DNA from: an uncultured Methanosarcinales archaeon
GTDB lineage: Archaea > Nanobdellota > Nanobdellia > Woesearchaeales > CAYSVS01
Reading direction: 5' to 3'
Assembly (NCBI GenBank): GCA_964434475.1
Contig: CAYSVS010000005.1
Coordinates: forward strand, 1 to 44,971
Length of the DNA: 44,971 nt
Positions within the stretch are counted from its first letter, which is position 1. Each line of letters starts with the position of its first letter. The position numbers were made by a program, and so were the translations under genes. The notes beneath the pieces are model-generated. The model made no database searches. It saw nothing but the letters and a program-made list of their open reading frames with translations, and was not told the DNA's origin. This document shows, piece by piece, positions 19,684 to 29,400 of the stretch.

Positions 19684-21582
19684 ATGTCAATAAAAATCAC
19701 ATTTCCAGATGGTTCAAAAAAAGAATTCGATAAAGGTATAACAGGACTCGATATAGCTAATTCAATCTCTGAAGGATTAGGAAGAGCTGCTTTAGCTATT
19801 GAAGTAAATAACAAGATTAAGGATATCGAAAAACCTATAGAAAAAGATGCAAGCATAAGAATAATCACTTTCAAGGATGATAAAGGTAAAGAGATATTTC
19901 ACCATTCTACAGCGCATGTAATGGCGGCTGCTGTAAAAAAACTTTATCCAAAATCAAAATTTTGGGTTGGACCAAGTGTAGAAGAAGGATTCTATTATGA
20001 TATCGATGTAGATAACTTAAGTTCTGATGATTTTGAGAAGATAGAAGCAGAAATGAAAAAGATAGTCAAAGAAAAGCTTCCTTTTGAAAGACAAGAGATA
20101 ACAAAAAAACAAGCTCAAGAAATGTTCAAAGATGATGAGTACAAGCTTGAACTTATCAAAGAATTACCTGCAAAAGAAAAGATAACAACATACAAACTAG
20201 GTGACTTTATAGACTTGTGCCGCGGACCTCATGTACCAAATGCAGGAAAAATAAAAGCATTCAAACTAACAAAATTAGCAGGAGCTTATTGGAAAGCTGA
20301 TAGCAATAACAAGATGCTCACAAGAATATATGGAATTTCATTCCCAGACAAGAAAGAGTTAAAACATCATCTATATATGCTTGAAGAAGCTAAGAAAAGG
20401 GATCATAAGCTTATAGGCAAGCAGCTTAACCTATTTTCTTTCCATGAAGAAGGCCCAGGATTTCCATTCTTTCATCCAAAAGGAACTTTCATTTGGAATA
20501 CCTTGATAAATTTTATGAGAAAAGAGATGATAAAAAGAGATTATCAGGAAAACAGAACTCCAATAATATTGAACAAAGCATTATGGTTAAGATCAGGACA
20601 CTGGGATCATTACAAAGAAAACATGTACTATACAAAAATTGACAATAAAGATTATGCTGTAAAGCCTATGAACTGTCCTGGAAATCTATTATTATACAAA
20701 ACCCACTTACACAGCTATAAAGAACTGCCTATAAGAGCTGGAGAGTTTGGATTGGTGCATAGGCACGAGATGTCAGGTGTTCTAAACGGATTATTTAGAG
20801 TAAGATATTTTACACAGGATGATGCGCATGTATTCTGCACAGAAGAACAGCTGCAGGATGAGATAATAGCATTGATAGAATTCATCGACTATATTTACAA
20901 GACATTTGGATTCGAATATAATGTTGAATTAAGCACTAAGCCAGAAAAAGCTATTGGCAGCCAGGAGATATGGGACAAAGCTGAATCAGCATTAAAAGCA
21001 GCTTTAGAAAAAAAGAAGATGGATTATAAGCTGAATCCAGGAGACGGCGCTTTCTATGGTCCAAAAATAGATTACCATCTTAAAGACAGCATAGGAAGGA
21101 CATGGCAATGCGGCACGATCCAATTAGACTTTTCGATGCCAGAAAAGTTCGAGCTTGAGTATGACGGCAAGGACGGCAAAAAACATAGGCCAGTGATGCT
21201 TCACAGGGCTATATACGGCAGCATAGAGAGATTCTTAGGAATGCTTATAGAACATTACGCAGGCAAGTTTCCTATGTGGCTAAGCCCATTGCAAGTTAAG
21301 ATATTGACTGTTGCAGACAGGTTTAACCATTATGCTAAAGAAGTAGCGAAAAAATACAAACAAGCAGGCATAAGAGTAGAGATAGACGATAGAAGTGAAA
21401 CAATCAACAAAAAAGTTAGGGATGCGCAGCTACAGAAAGTAAACTATATTCTTGTTGTAGGACAAAAGGAGATAGATGACAACACAGTCACAGTAAGAAC
21501 AAGAGACAATGAAGTTCTAGGACCAAAAAAAGTTGACACATTCTTAAAAAGAATGCTTAAGGAAGTTGAGGATAAGAGATAA
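19684..21582 (+). CDS. thrS: Threonine--tRNA ligase (bacterial-type TGS + editing domain architecture)
   Basis: ITFPDGS TGS start, HSTAH and DLCRGPH editing motifs, KPMNCP, RHE.SG, DGAFYGPKID, WQCGTIQLDF, HRAIYGSIERF. Confidence 0.98.
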   Translation: MSIKITFPDGSKKEFDKGITGLDIANSISEGLGRAALAIEVNNKIKDIEKPIEKDASIRIITFKDDKGKEIFHHSTAHVMAAAVKKLYPKSKFWVGPSVEEGFYYDIDVDNLSSDDFEKIEAEMKKIVKEKLPFERQEITKKQAQEMFKDDEYKLELIKELPAKEKITTYKLGDFIDLCRGPHVPNAGKIKAFKLTKLAGAYWKADSNNKMLTRIYGISFPDKKELKHHLYMLEEAKKRDHKLIGKQLNLFSFHEEGPGFPFFHPKGTFIWNTLINFMRKEMIKRDYQENRTPIILNKALWLRSGHWDHYKENMYYTKIDNKDYAVKPMNCPGNLLLYKTHLHSYKELPIRAGEFGLVHRHEMSGVLNGLFRVRYFTQDDAHVFCTEEQLQDEIIALIEFIDYIYKTFGFEYNVELSTKPEKAIGSQEIWDKAESALKAALEKKKMDYKLNPGDGAFYGPKIDYHLKDSIGRTWQCGTIQLDFSMPEKFELEYDGKDGKKHRPVMLHRAIYGSIERFLGMLIEHYAGKFPMWLSPLQVKILTVADRFNHYAKEVAKKYKQAGIRVEIDDRSETINKKVRDAQLQKVNYILVVGQKEIDDNTVTVRTRDNEVLGPKKVDTFLKRMLKEVEDKR

Positions 21583-21659
21583 ACAAAAAAATCAATAAAA
21601 ATTCCTAAAATATAACTACTCGTCATAGCAAGCTAAAGAGTATAAAACCCAGTTTGTAA

Positions 21660-22832
21660 TCAATCCATATATTTCCTTAAATTATCATAGCTTAATTTTC
21701 CTGCGATATAGTTTTTCCGCATTCTTTCAGCATCATCTATAATTTCATATATATTCTCTTTTGGCTTGGTTAAAGCACCTTTGATCCTCAGCATAAGATT
21801 TTGAAAGCCTAATTGAGAATTAGTTATACTATTCTTATATCTAAAATTATTAAATACATTGTCCAGCCCCTCGACCAAGCTCGTTTTTAGATTAACTTTA
21901 CCATTCACAGCAATATTTAAGCTTACGCTGCTCTGAAAAGCTTCAACATTTTCTGAAAGGCGAAAAAATTCCCGGTCTATTGTTCTGCAAATATTGTGGA
22001 TATCTTCAAATCTTTCCGGCGTATTATATTCTTTTATTAATTTTTCATAAGTCATTGATTGATCCAGCAGCATATTGATCTTAGAACCATCATCTAACAG
22101 ATTAGTATGAGTATTGTATAAAGTCATTATTTCTTTTGCCAATATCTCGAAATTTTTTCTTTCATATATTTCATTTATCTTTTTCCTGAAAAAATTAAGC
22201 ATCCTTTTATCCACTTCATCGATTATCTTTTCATTAACTATCTTTTTAGCAGAAACCATTTTATCAGCAGAATCTATCTTATCCAAATTCACATGATACT
22301 TAGCACACAATCTAGAAAAAACTTCAAAACCTTTATCATTTTTCCCATAAAAATCATGCATGACTGAATTCAGGTCCCTTATCTTTTCCATATTATTCAA
22401 TTCTATAGAACCATAAAACTTTGAAAAATAAAGATCAAGAAAATGTTTTGTACCGTTTACAAGAGTTCCATCAAAATAACGCTTTTTTACAGATTTTCGA
22501 AATATGTCATCATCTTTGATATTTTTATTAGAAACAAGCATATCCAAAGCATCATCAAACTCCCTTTCTTTTTCCTGTTTTCTAACATTACTCAATCTCT
22601 TTTGTGTTCCAATTACCCTTTTCCTAAGCGAAACCAAGTCTTTACTCTCAACTATTGCTCCAGTTATCTGTTTTGCTATTGGAATTATAGTTCTATATAA
22701 ACCAGAATATACATCTTTTAATCTATCTATACCAAATTTAGAAACATAATCATCTAATGTTTTATCATCTACTTCGTTCTCCAATCCTAACTTATTGAAA
22801 TTTATCTTTTTTGCGTTTTGAAAATTACCCAT
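21660..22832 (-). CDS. Hypothetical helical protein
   Basis: 390-aa ORF with GAGGAG SD; no motif recognised. Confidence 0.8.
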   Translation of the reverse strand: MGNFQNAKKINFNKLGLENEVDDKTLDDYVSKFGIDRLKDVYSGLYRTIIPIAKQITGAIVESKDLVSLRKRVIGTQKRLSNVRKQEKEREFDDALDMLVSNKNIKDDDIFRKSVKKRYFDGTLVNGTKHFLDLYFSKFYGSIELNNMEKIRDLNSVMHDFYGKNDKGFEVFSRLCAKYHVNLDKIDSADKMVSAKKIVNEKIIDEVDKRMLNFFRKKINEIYERKNFEILAKEIMTLYNTHTNLLDDGSKINMLLDQSMTYEKLIKEYNTPERFEDIHNICRTIDREFFRLSENVEAFQSSVSLNIAVNGKVNLKTSLVEGLDNVFNNFRYKNSITNSQLGFQNLMLRIKGALTKPKENIYEIIDDAERMRKNYIAGKLSYDNLRKYMD

Positions 22833-22920
22833 AAATAACTCCTCATTATCAATATAGAAGATATTTGTTTATAAAACTAACTTATTTCTAATCACTAATT
22901 AGTAAGTAAAAATACAAATG

Positions 22921-23550
22921 TTATAAATCTAATGTTTGGCCTTCTTTCATCACGATCACATCTGTATCATGATTGTGAACAAGCAACTCCCTAAAATATA
23001 AAGCATCATCTACTGTTCCAACAACGTCTCCATAATGCATAGGTATTGCAATTTTAGGTGCAATAATTTCAACAGCTTCTACAGCTTCTCTTGGATTCAT
23101 AGCATAAGTACCACAAACAGGCAGCAACGCAATATCAGCTTTTATACCTTTCATCTCTGGAATAAGATCAGTCTCACCAGCGAAATATATTGTTTTACCT
23201 TCCAATGTAAGCAAAAAACCTATGCCTTTAACAGGATGATAATCCTTGCCTATGTTGTACATAGCTGTTGTTCTGATAAAAACATTCTCAATAAACTTCT
23301 CATCACCAGCATCCAAAGCTTCTCCATTTATACTGCCTGAGTTATCCTTTGTAGTCAATATCCGCGTATAATCTCCCGTAATTTTCTTTATCTTATCTCT
23401 TGCAGAATGATCATAAGCTCCATGGCTCACAAGGACAATATCAGCTTTCTCTTCGTATCCATATTCATCAGCATAAGGATCAATGTATATCAAAACATTA
23501 TCTTCTGTTTTTATCTTAAAGCTCGCATGCCCAAGCCATGTTAGTTTCAT
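22921..23550 (-). CDS. Metallo-beta-lactamase-fold hydrolase (UPF0173/COG2220-like)
   Basis: WLGHASF, IDPY, SHGAYDH, YFAGET, LLPVCG, IPMHYG. Confidence 0.9.
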   Translation of the reverse strand: MKLTWLGHASFKIKTEDNVLIYIDPYADEYGYEEKADIVLVSHGAYDHSARDKIKKITGDYTRILTTKDNSGSINGEALDAGDEKFIENVFIRTTAMYNIGKDYHPVKGIGFLLTLEGKTIYFAGETDLIPEMKGIKADIALLPVCGTYAMNPREAVEAVEIIAPKIAIPMHYGDVVGTVDDALYFRELLVHNHDTDVIVMKEGQTLDL

Positions 23551-23838
23551 AATATCATAAACAATATCAATAGTTTTTTAATTGTTTTTAACCACTAACC
23601 AGTAAGTTTCACATATTTTATTCATTAAACACATATATAGCGAAGGGATTAAAATATATAATTATAGAATACCTTGACAGAGAGTTCAAAGAAACTGACA
23701 AATTATATTATTTTAGACAACTTTCAGAATCTAAAACAGAAAATCCAAAAAATGATGAACGTAATCTAGAAAAAAGATAGAAAAAGTATTGCAAAGCCAA
23801 TAACATTTTTAAATGACAAAAACCTATTAGTTAAAATC

Positions 23839-24348
23839 ATGGAAAAATATGAACATTTACCATACAGAAAAAACGTAAGCATGATAACCTTTCAAGAAAA
23901 TAAATTTCTATTGGTCAATCTGAAGAACCGTAATAATTCCTGGAAATTTCCTCAAGGCGGTATAGAAGAAGATGAAGATATAGAAGAAGCAGGCATAAGA
24001 GAGTTTATAGAAGAATTAGGTACAGATAAGATTAAGATACATGGAAAAAGCATGCATACAAACAGATATGATTGGCCTGTTTCAACGATAATAAGATCTA
24101 ATGAAAGATGGAAAGGCCAGCATCAGAATTTCTTGGTTGTAGAATTTATAGGAAATAAAAAAGATATAAAGATAAACTTAGATGAGCTAAAAGATTATAG
24201 ATGGGTAGATGTAGAACAGATACATGACTTTTCAAAAGATGAAGAGCATATGATGTTCAGGCATTACAACAAAGTTATACCAAAGATATTAGATGAATTC
24301 TCACACATATTTAAAAAGTTAAAAAACATACAACAATCTAAAAAATAA
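23839..24348 (+). CDS. NUDIX hydrolase, RppH-like
   Basis: YRKNV, WKFPQGGIEEDEDIEEAGIREFIEELG Nudix box, YDWP...KGQ.Q. Confidence 0.85.
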   Translation: MEKYEHLPYRKNVSMITFQENKFLLVNLKNRNNSWKFPQGGIEEDEDIEEAGIREFIEELGTDKIKIHGKSMHTNRYDWPVSTIIRSNERWKGQHQNFLVVEFIGNKKDIKINLDELKDYRWVDVEQIHDFSKDEEHMMFRHYNKVIPKILDEFSHIFKKLKNIQQSKK

Positions 24349-24400
24349 AGCTTATTTCTTGATAAAGCATTTTGAAACTTATCTGATATTAAGTATCACG

Positions 24401-24415
24401 GAAACTTTTATAAAT
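24401..24415 (+). promoter_or_regulatory. Archaeal BRE-TATA promoter of srp54 (probably leaderless)
   Basis: gaaacttttataaat ending about 23 nt upstream of ATG 24438. Confidence 0.6.
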
Positions 24416-24437
24416 AACGTATAGTTCTGTCTAGTCA

Positions 24438-25802
24438 ATGGTATTAGAAAAGCTAGGAAATTCATTGAAAAATACACTTGGTAAAATAGCGAAAAGCGTT
24501 TTTGTAGACGAAAAACTGGTCAATGAACTAGTTAAAGATATACAAAGAGCTTTACTGCAAAGTGATGTTAATGTTAAACTAGTTTTTGAACTGACCAATA
24601 ATATAAAACAAAGAATACTTAAAGAAGAAACACCTGCAGGCTTGAGCAAAAAAGAGCATCTGATCAATGTTGTTTATGAAGAATTAACCAACTTTTTAGG
24701 CAGTGAATCAAAAGAGATCAAAGTAGAAAAGCAAGAAAAACCATTTAAGATAATGCTTGTAGGATTATTTGGAAACGGAAAGACAACAGCTGCAGGAAAG
24801 TTAGCAAAATTCTATCAAAAACGTGGAAAAAAGATAGCGTTGATATCAACAGATACATGGAGACCTGCAGCATTCAAACAGCTACAGCAGTTAGGCAAAC
24901 AGATCAATGTACCAGTATTCGGAGACCCGGAAATAAAAGATCCTGTTGAAATATATAATAAATTTGAGCCAGAGTTCAAAAAATATGATCTGGTAATAAT
25001 AGACACAGCAGGAAGAGACGCATTGAATGACGAGCTTGTTGAAGAAGTTAAAGAAATAAATAAAGCGGTTGAATCTGACGAAACCTTGCTTGTCATGGCG
25101 GCTGATGTAGGACAGGCGGCACAGAAACAAGCACAAACATTCCATGAGACATGCAATGTTACTGGCGTTATAATCACAAAATTAGACGGAACAGCAAAAG
25201 GAGGAGGAGCATTATCTGCATGCGCAATAACCGGAGCACCTGTTAAATTCATAGGCGTAGGAGAGAAGATAGAGGATATTGAATTATTTGACCCTAAAAG
25301 ATTCGTAGGCAGATTATTAGGAATGGGTGATATAGAAAGCCTGCTTGAAAAAGCAAAAGAAGCTATAAGCAAAGAAGACGCTGAAAACATGGGCAAAAAG
25401 TTCATGAAAGGAAAGTTCAACCTCATGGATCTTTATCAACAGATGAGTGCTATGAAAAAAATGGGCTCACTTGGAAAGATAATGGAGATGGTTCCTGGAA
25501 TGAGCCAGTTGCAGCTGCCAAAAGAGATGCTCGATACACAAGAAGAAAAATTAAAGATATGGAAATTCATCATGGATTCCTGCACAAAAGAAGAGCTGGA
25601 AAATCCAGATATAATATCATCAACAAGGATAGACAGGATAGCTAAAGGATCAGGGACAAGCACCAAAGAAGTAAGAGCACTATTGAAACAATACAAGCAA
25701 TCCAAGAAAATGGTAAAGATGATGAAAGGTATGGGCGCCGGCTCTCCGCAGCAGATGAAAAAGATGATGGGAAAATTTAAAGGAAAACTGCAAGGCATGT
25801 GA
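24438..25802 (+). CDS. srp54: Signal recognition particle protein SRP54
   Basis: GLFGNGKTT, DTWRPAA, DTAGR, TKLDGTAKGGGALS; Met-rich M domain. Confidence 0.98.
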   Translation: MVLEKLGNSLKNTLGKIAKSVFVDEKLVNELVKDIQRALLQSDVNVKLVFELTNNIKQRILKEETPAGLSKKEHLINVVYEELTNFLGSESKEIKVEKQEKPFKIMLVGLFGNGKTTAAGKLAKFYQKRGKKIALISTDTWRPAAFKQLQQLGKQINVPVFGDPEIKDPVEIYNKFEPEFKKYDLVIIDTAGRDALNDELVEEVKEINKAVESDETLLVMAADVGQAAQKQAQTFHETCNVTGVIITKLDGTAKGGGALSACAITGAPVKFIGVGEKIEDIELFDPKRFVGRLLGMGDIESLLEKAKEAISKEDAENMGKKFMKGKFNLMDLYQQMSAMKKMGSLGKIMEMVPGMSQLQLPKEMLDTQEEKLKIWKFIMDSCTKEELENPDIISSTRIDRIAKGSGTSTKEVRALLKQYKQSKKMVKMMKGMGAGSPQQMKKMMGKFKGKLQGM

Positions 25803-25963
25803 TTAAATTCTTTTTTTTGTCAAATAGTTATATTGATTACAAACATTTGCAATTATTTTTTAATCTCTTAAATCACATAGACAAAGTCAAAAATAAGTAG
25901 ATGTCATACATTCACGACTATTTATAGCAATGTTTAAATACTAAAAAACAAATATTCTAGCAT

Positions 25964-26914
25964 ATGAAGCTAAGAAAAGATTACATACTTGACAGATGGG
26001 TAATTATTTCTGAAAAAAGAGGCAAGCGCCCGCACGAATTTAAAAAGAGTAAAGAAAAGCATAAATCAAAAGACAAGGATTGTTTTTTCTGTCCTGGAAA
26101 TGAAGAGCTTACTCCAAAAGAGATATACCGAAGAAATGATAATAAAGGGAAATGGAAAATCAGGGTGATACCTAACAAATTCGCAGCTGTTGATATAAAG
26201 TCAAAAACAAAGAACAAGCAAAAAAAACATATTAAAGAAATAAACGCATACGGCTATCATGAAGTTTTGATCGAAACGAACAAACACAATAAACAACTAT
26301 GGGATCTTGATGAAAAAGAAATAGCGGAAGTATTGGAAGTATATAATCTTAGAATAAAAGAGCTTGAAAAAGATAAAAACATAAAATATGTTACTATATT
26401 CAAAAATCACGGAAAAGAAGCAGGTACTAGTCTGGTACACAGTCACAGCCAGATTGTAGCATACAATAAGATACCTAAAACTATAAAAGATAAACTCAAA
26501 GCATCCAAAAAATACAAGAATTGTCCATATTGCAAAATTATAAAAAAAGAATCAAAAAGCAAAAGAAAATGTTTTGAGAACAATAATTTCATTGCGTTTG
26601 CTCCTTTTGCTTCGAGATTCAATTATGAAGTTTGGTTAATGCCAAAAAAACACATAAAAAAGCTGGAACAACTTGATAAAAAACAAACTAGGGATATGGC
26701 AAAGATACTAAAAAAAGTATTAGAAAAACTAAAAAAAATAAATTGTTCATATAATTTCTATATACACTATGCTCCTGGAAAAACAGATCTACATCTTAGC
26801 CTTGAAATATGTCCAAGGATTGCTAAATGGGCAGGGTTTGAAACATCTACAGGAGACATAATCAATGTTATAGCGCCCGAGACAGCTGCTAAGTTCTATA
26901 GAAAACGCGATTAA
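25964..26914 (+). CDS. galT: GalT-family hexose-1-phosphate nucleotidyltransferase / NDP-glucose phosphorylase-like protein
   Basis: RGKRP, CFFCPGNE, PNKF, HEVLIET, KNHGKEAGTSLVHSHSQ (HxHxQ). Confidence 0.85.
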   Translation: MKLRKDYILDRWVIISEKRGKRPHEFKKSKEKHKSKDKDCFFCPGNEELTPKEIYRRNDNKGKWKIRVIPNKFAAVDIKSKTKNKQKKHIKEINAYGYHEVLIETNKHNKQLWDLDEKEIAEVLEVYNLRIKELEKDKNIKYVTIFKNHGKEAGTSLVHSHSQIVAYNKIPKTIKDKLKASKKYKNCPYCKIIKKESKSKRKCFENNNFIAFAPFASRFNYEVWLMPKKHIKKLEQLDKKQTRDMAKILKKVLEKLKKINCSYNFYIHYAPGKTDLHLSLEICPRIAKWAGFETSTGDIINVIAPETAAKFYRKRD

Positions 26915-26967
26915 AAAACAAACAATAAAGTATATAAATAAGCAAATACATAATATAGGATATAAAA

Positions 26968-27576
26968 ATGATAAATTGTGCACAATGCGGTAAAGAAATA
27001 AACACAAAAAAGAAAGATTATAGATTGTATAAGTATGTAAAAAAGAAGAAAGGAAAGCTCAAGACAAGATACTTCTGTTCTGTAAACTGCATCACAAGAT
27101 GGAGGATATTAAGACTGCAAAGATTCAAAAGCTTGGACAAAAGCGTAGAAAAAGCAGTCAAAGAAGCAGACAAAGCATTGATGGAAGAAGTACAAGATCT
27201 GGTTGATGCTGAAGAAAAGCTAAACGAAGTTGAAAAACCTATCGCAGCAAATTTAGCAGATTTCAAAAAATCATCTAAAGAAGAGACATATAATTTTGAG
27301 AATGATTACAGGAGAAATCAAGAAAAAGATATACCTAAAACAAGATACATAGAGATAGAACAAAAAGATGAAAATAAAGAATATAAGCTAGAACCAGTCA
27401 GAATAGATCCTATGGTAAAAACTCATTTCGGATTGAAGACCATAAATTATGATGATGTCGGATGGGATAAAGATTATGTCATTGCAAGAAACACGACAAA
27501 AAAACAGATTGAAAAGAAAAAACAAGATACATTTAAGGATCAATATGATTCAAAATACGGCAAAAGAAAGAGGTAA
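26968..27576 (+). CDS. Hypothetical protein with N-terminal TRASH/MYM-like Zn finger
   Basis: CAQCGKEI...YFCSVNC. Confidence 0.7.
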   Translation: MINCAQCGKEINTKKKDYRLYKYVKKKKGKLKTRYFCSVNCITRWRILRLQRFKSLDKSVEKAVKEADKALMEEVQDLVDAEEKLNEVEKPIAANLADFKKSSKEETYNFENDYRRNQEKDIPKTRYIEIEQKDENKEYKLEPVRIDPMVKTHFGLKTINYDDVGWDKDYVIARNTTKKQIEKKKQDTFKDQYDSKYGKRKR

Positions 27577-27579
27577 AAA

Positions 27580-29394
27580 ATGCTTAATTACGGTATTGTA
27601 GGAAATTGCAAGACTTGTGCACTGATAGACAAGAAAGCAAGCATAAGCTGGCTTTGTTTCCCTACTTTTGATTCTCCTAGCATTTTTGCCAAAATACTGG
27701 ATAAAAAAAAAGGCGGAAGTTTCGATATAATAACCAAAGACAAATACAAAACAAGACAAAAATACATAGAAAACACAAATATACTTGAAACATATTTTGA
27801 ATCTAAAAAAAACAGTTTTAAAGTAATAGATTTCATGCCAAGATATAGAAAGTTACTGCCTAACAGGAGAACAAAACTTTTCAAACAGCACAGGCTGATA
27901 AGGATAATCAAGCCTATAAAAGGCAATCCAGAAATAAAGATAAACTATAATCCTAAACTTAATTATTCTCAAGGAAAAAGCATAACCAAATTTATAGAAA
28001 ACAACCTGATAACAAAAAACAGCAATAAACAGACCATAAGTTTAATATCCAACATAGACCATCTTAAGATATTAACAAAAGAATATTTTGAGCTTAACCG
28101 TACAAAGTATTTTGTTATAGGAAAACCTGACAAAGCAACAGACTTTAGCGTAGCTCATTGTCTAAGATTAAAAGGATGGACACAGAAATACTGGAGAAGA
28201 TGGGTCTCTACATTAACACTGCCAGATAAAAAAAAAGAGCAAATAATTCGTTCTGCGTTGACATTAAAATTGTTGACCTTTTCCGAAACTGGAGCTATAA
28301 TTGCTGCTGCAACAACATCAATTCCTGAAGAGATAGGAACAGAAAGGAATTGGGACTACAGATACTGCTGGATAAGGGATGCTGCTTTTACGGTTGACGC
28401 ATTAAAAAGAATAGGAAGGAACTATGAAGCCAAAAAACTGATGCAGTTTATCTTTGAAAACACTATAAAAAAGAAAAAGCGTATGCAGATAATGTACGGA
28501 ATAGATGATAGATCTGACTTGGCCGAAAAGAAACTTGAACATCTTGAAGGTTTCAAAGGCAGCAAACCAGTAAGGATAGGCAATGCAGCATATTTACAGA
28601 AACAAAATGACATATATGGAAGCGTTATAGACATACTATATCTATATTATGCGTATTATGAATATGAGCATAAGATGCAGCATAAATACTGGAAATTCTT
28701 AAAACATCTTGTTCAGGAAATTAAAGACCATTGGAAAGAAAAAGATCACGGCATATGGGAATTCAGAGGTGAAAAAAAACACCATACCTATTCCAAACTT
28801 ATGTGCTGGGTCGGATTGGATAGTGCGATAAAATTAGCTACACATTATGAAAAACATAAGATTGCAGAAAAATGGTGCAGTTTGAGAGATAAAATAAAAC
28901 AAGATATACTTAAAAATGCATGGAGCAGTAAAAAAAGAGCTTTTGCAATGTTTTACGGAGGAAATGCACTTGACGCAGCATTATTAAGGATGGCTGACTA
29001 CGAGTTTCTTCCAAAAGATGATCCCAGACTTATACTCACGATAAAAAGGATTAACAAAGAGCTAAGAAAAGGATGCTTTGTACAAAGATATAAATCAAAA
29101 GATGATTTCGGCAAACCCAAGAGCGCATTCGCAATCTGTTCATTTTGGCTTGTTGAAGCCTTGTTTTATATAGGAGAGCTTAAAGAAGCACAGCAACTAT
29201 TAAATAAGCTGATGCGATATTCTAATCATCTAGGCCTATTTTCCGAAGATATTGACCTAAAAACAAAAAAACAGACAGGAAATTTTCCGCAAGCCTATAC
29301 ACACATCGCATCCATCAATGCGTCCATATTATTAAGTGAATGGAATGTAAAAAGAAAAAAGATAGATTTATCAAATATAAAAAAAGTAAGGTGA
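27580..29394 (+). CDS. Glycoside hydrolase family 15 (trehalase/glucoamylase-like)
   Basis: AAATTSIPEEIG.ERNWDYRYCWIRD, GIWEFR, LGLFSED, GNFPQAYTH. Confidence 0.95.
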   Translation: MLNYGIVGNCKTCALIDKKASISWLCFPTFDSPSIFAKILDKKKGGSFDIITKDKYKTRQKYIENTNILETYFESKKNSFKVIDFMPRYRKLLPNRRTKLFKQHRLIRIIKPIKGNPEIKINYNPKLNYSQGKSITKFIENNLITKNSNKQTISLISNIDHLKILTKEYFELNRTKYFVIGKPDKATDFSVAHCLRLKGWTQKYWRRWVSTLTLPDKKKEQIIRSALTLKLLTFSETGAIIAAATTSIPEEIGTERNWDYRYCWIRDAAFTVDALKRIGRNYEAKKLMQFIFENTIKKKKRMQIMYGIDDRSDLAEKKLEHLEGFKGSKPVRIGNAAYLQKQNDIYGSVIDILYLYYAYYEYEHKMQHKYWKFLKHLVQEIKDHWKEKDHGIWEFRGEKKHHTYSKLMCWVGLDSAIKLATHYEKHKIAEKWCSLRDKIKQDILKNAWSSKKRAFAMFYGGNALDAALLRMADYEFLPKDDPRLILTIKRINKELRKGCFVQRYKSKDDFGKPKSAFAICSFWLVEALFYIGELKEAQQLLNKLMRYSNHLGLFSEDIDLKTKKQTGNFPQAYTHIASINASILLSEWNVKRKKIDLSNIKKVR

Positions 29395-29400
29395 TAGCTT

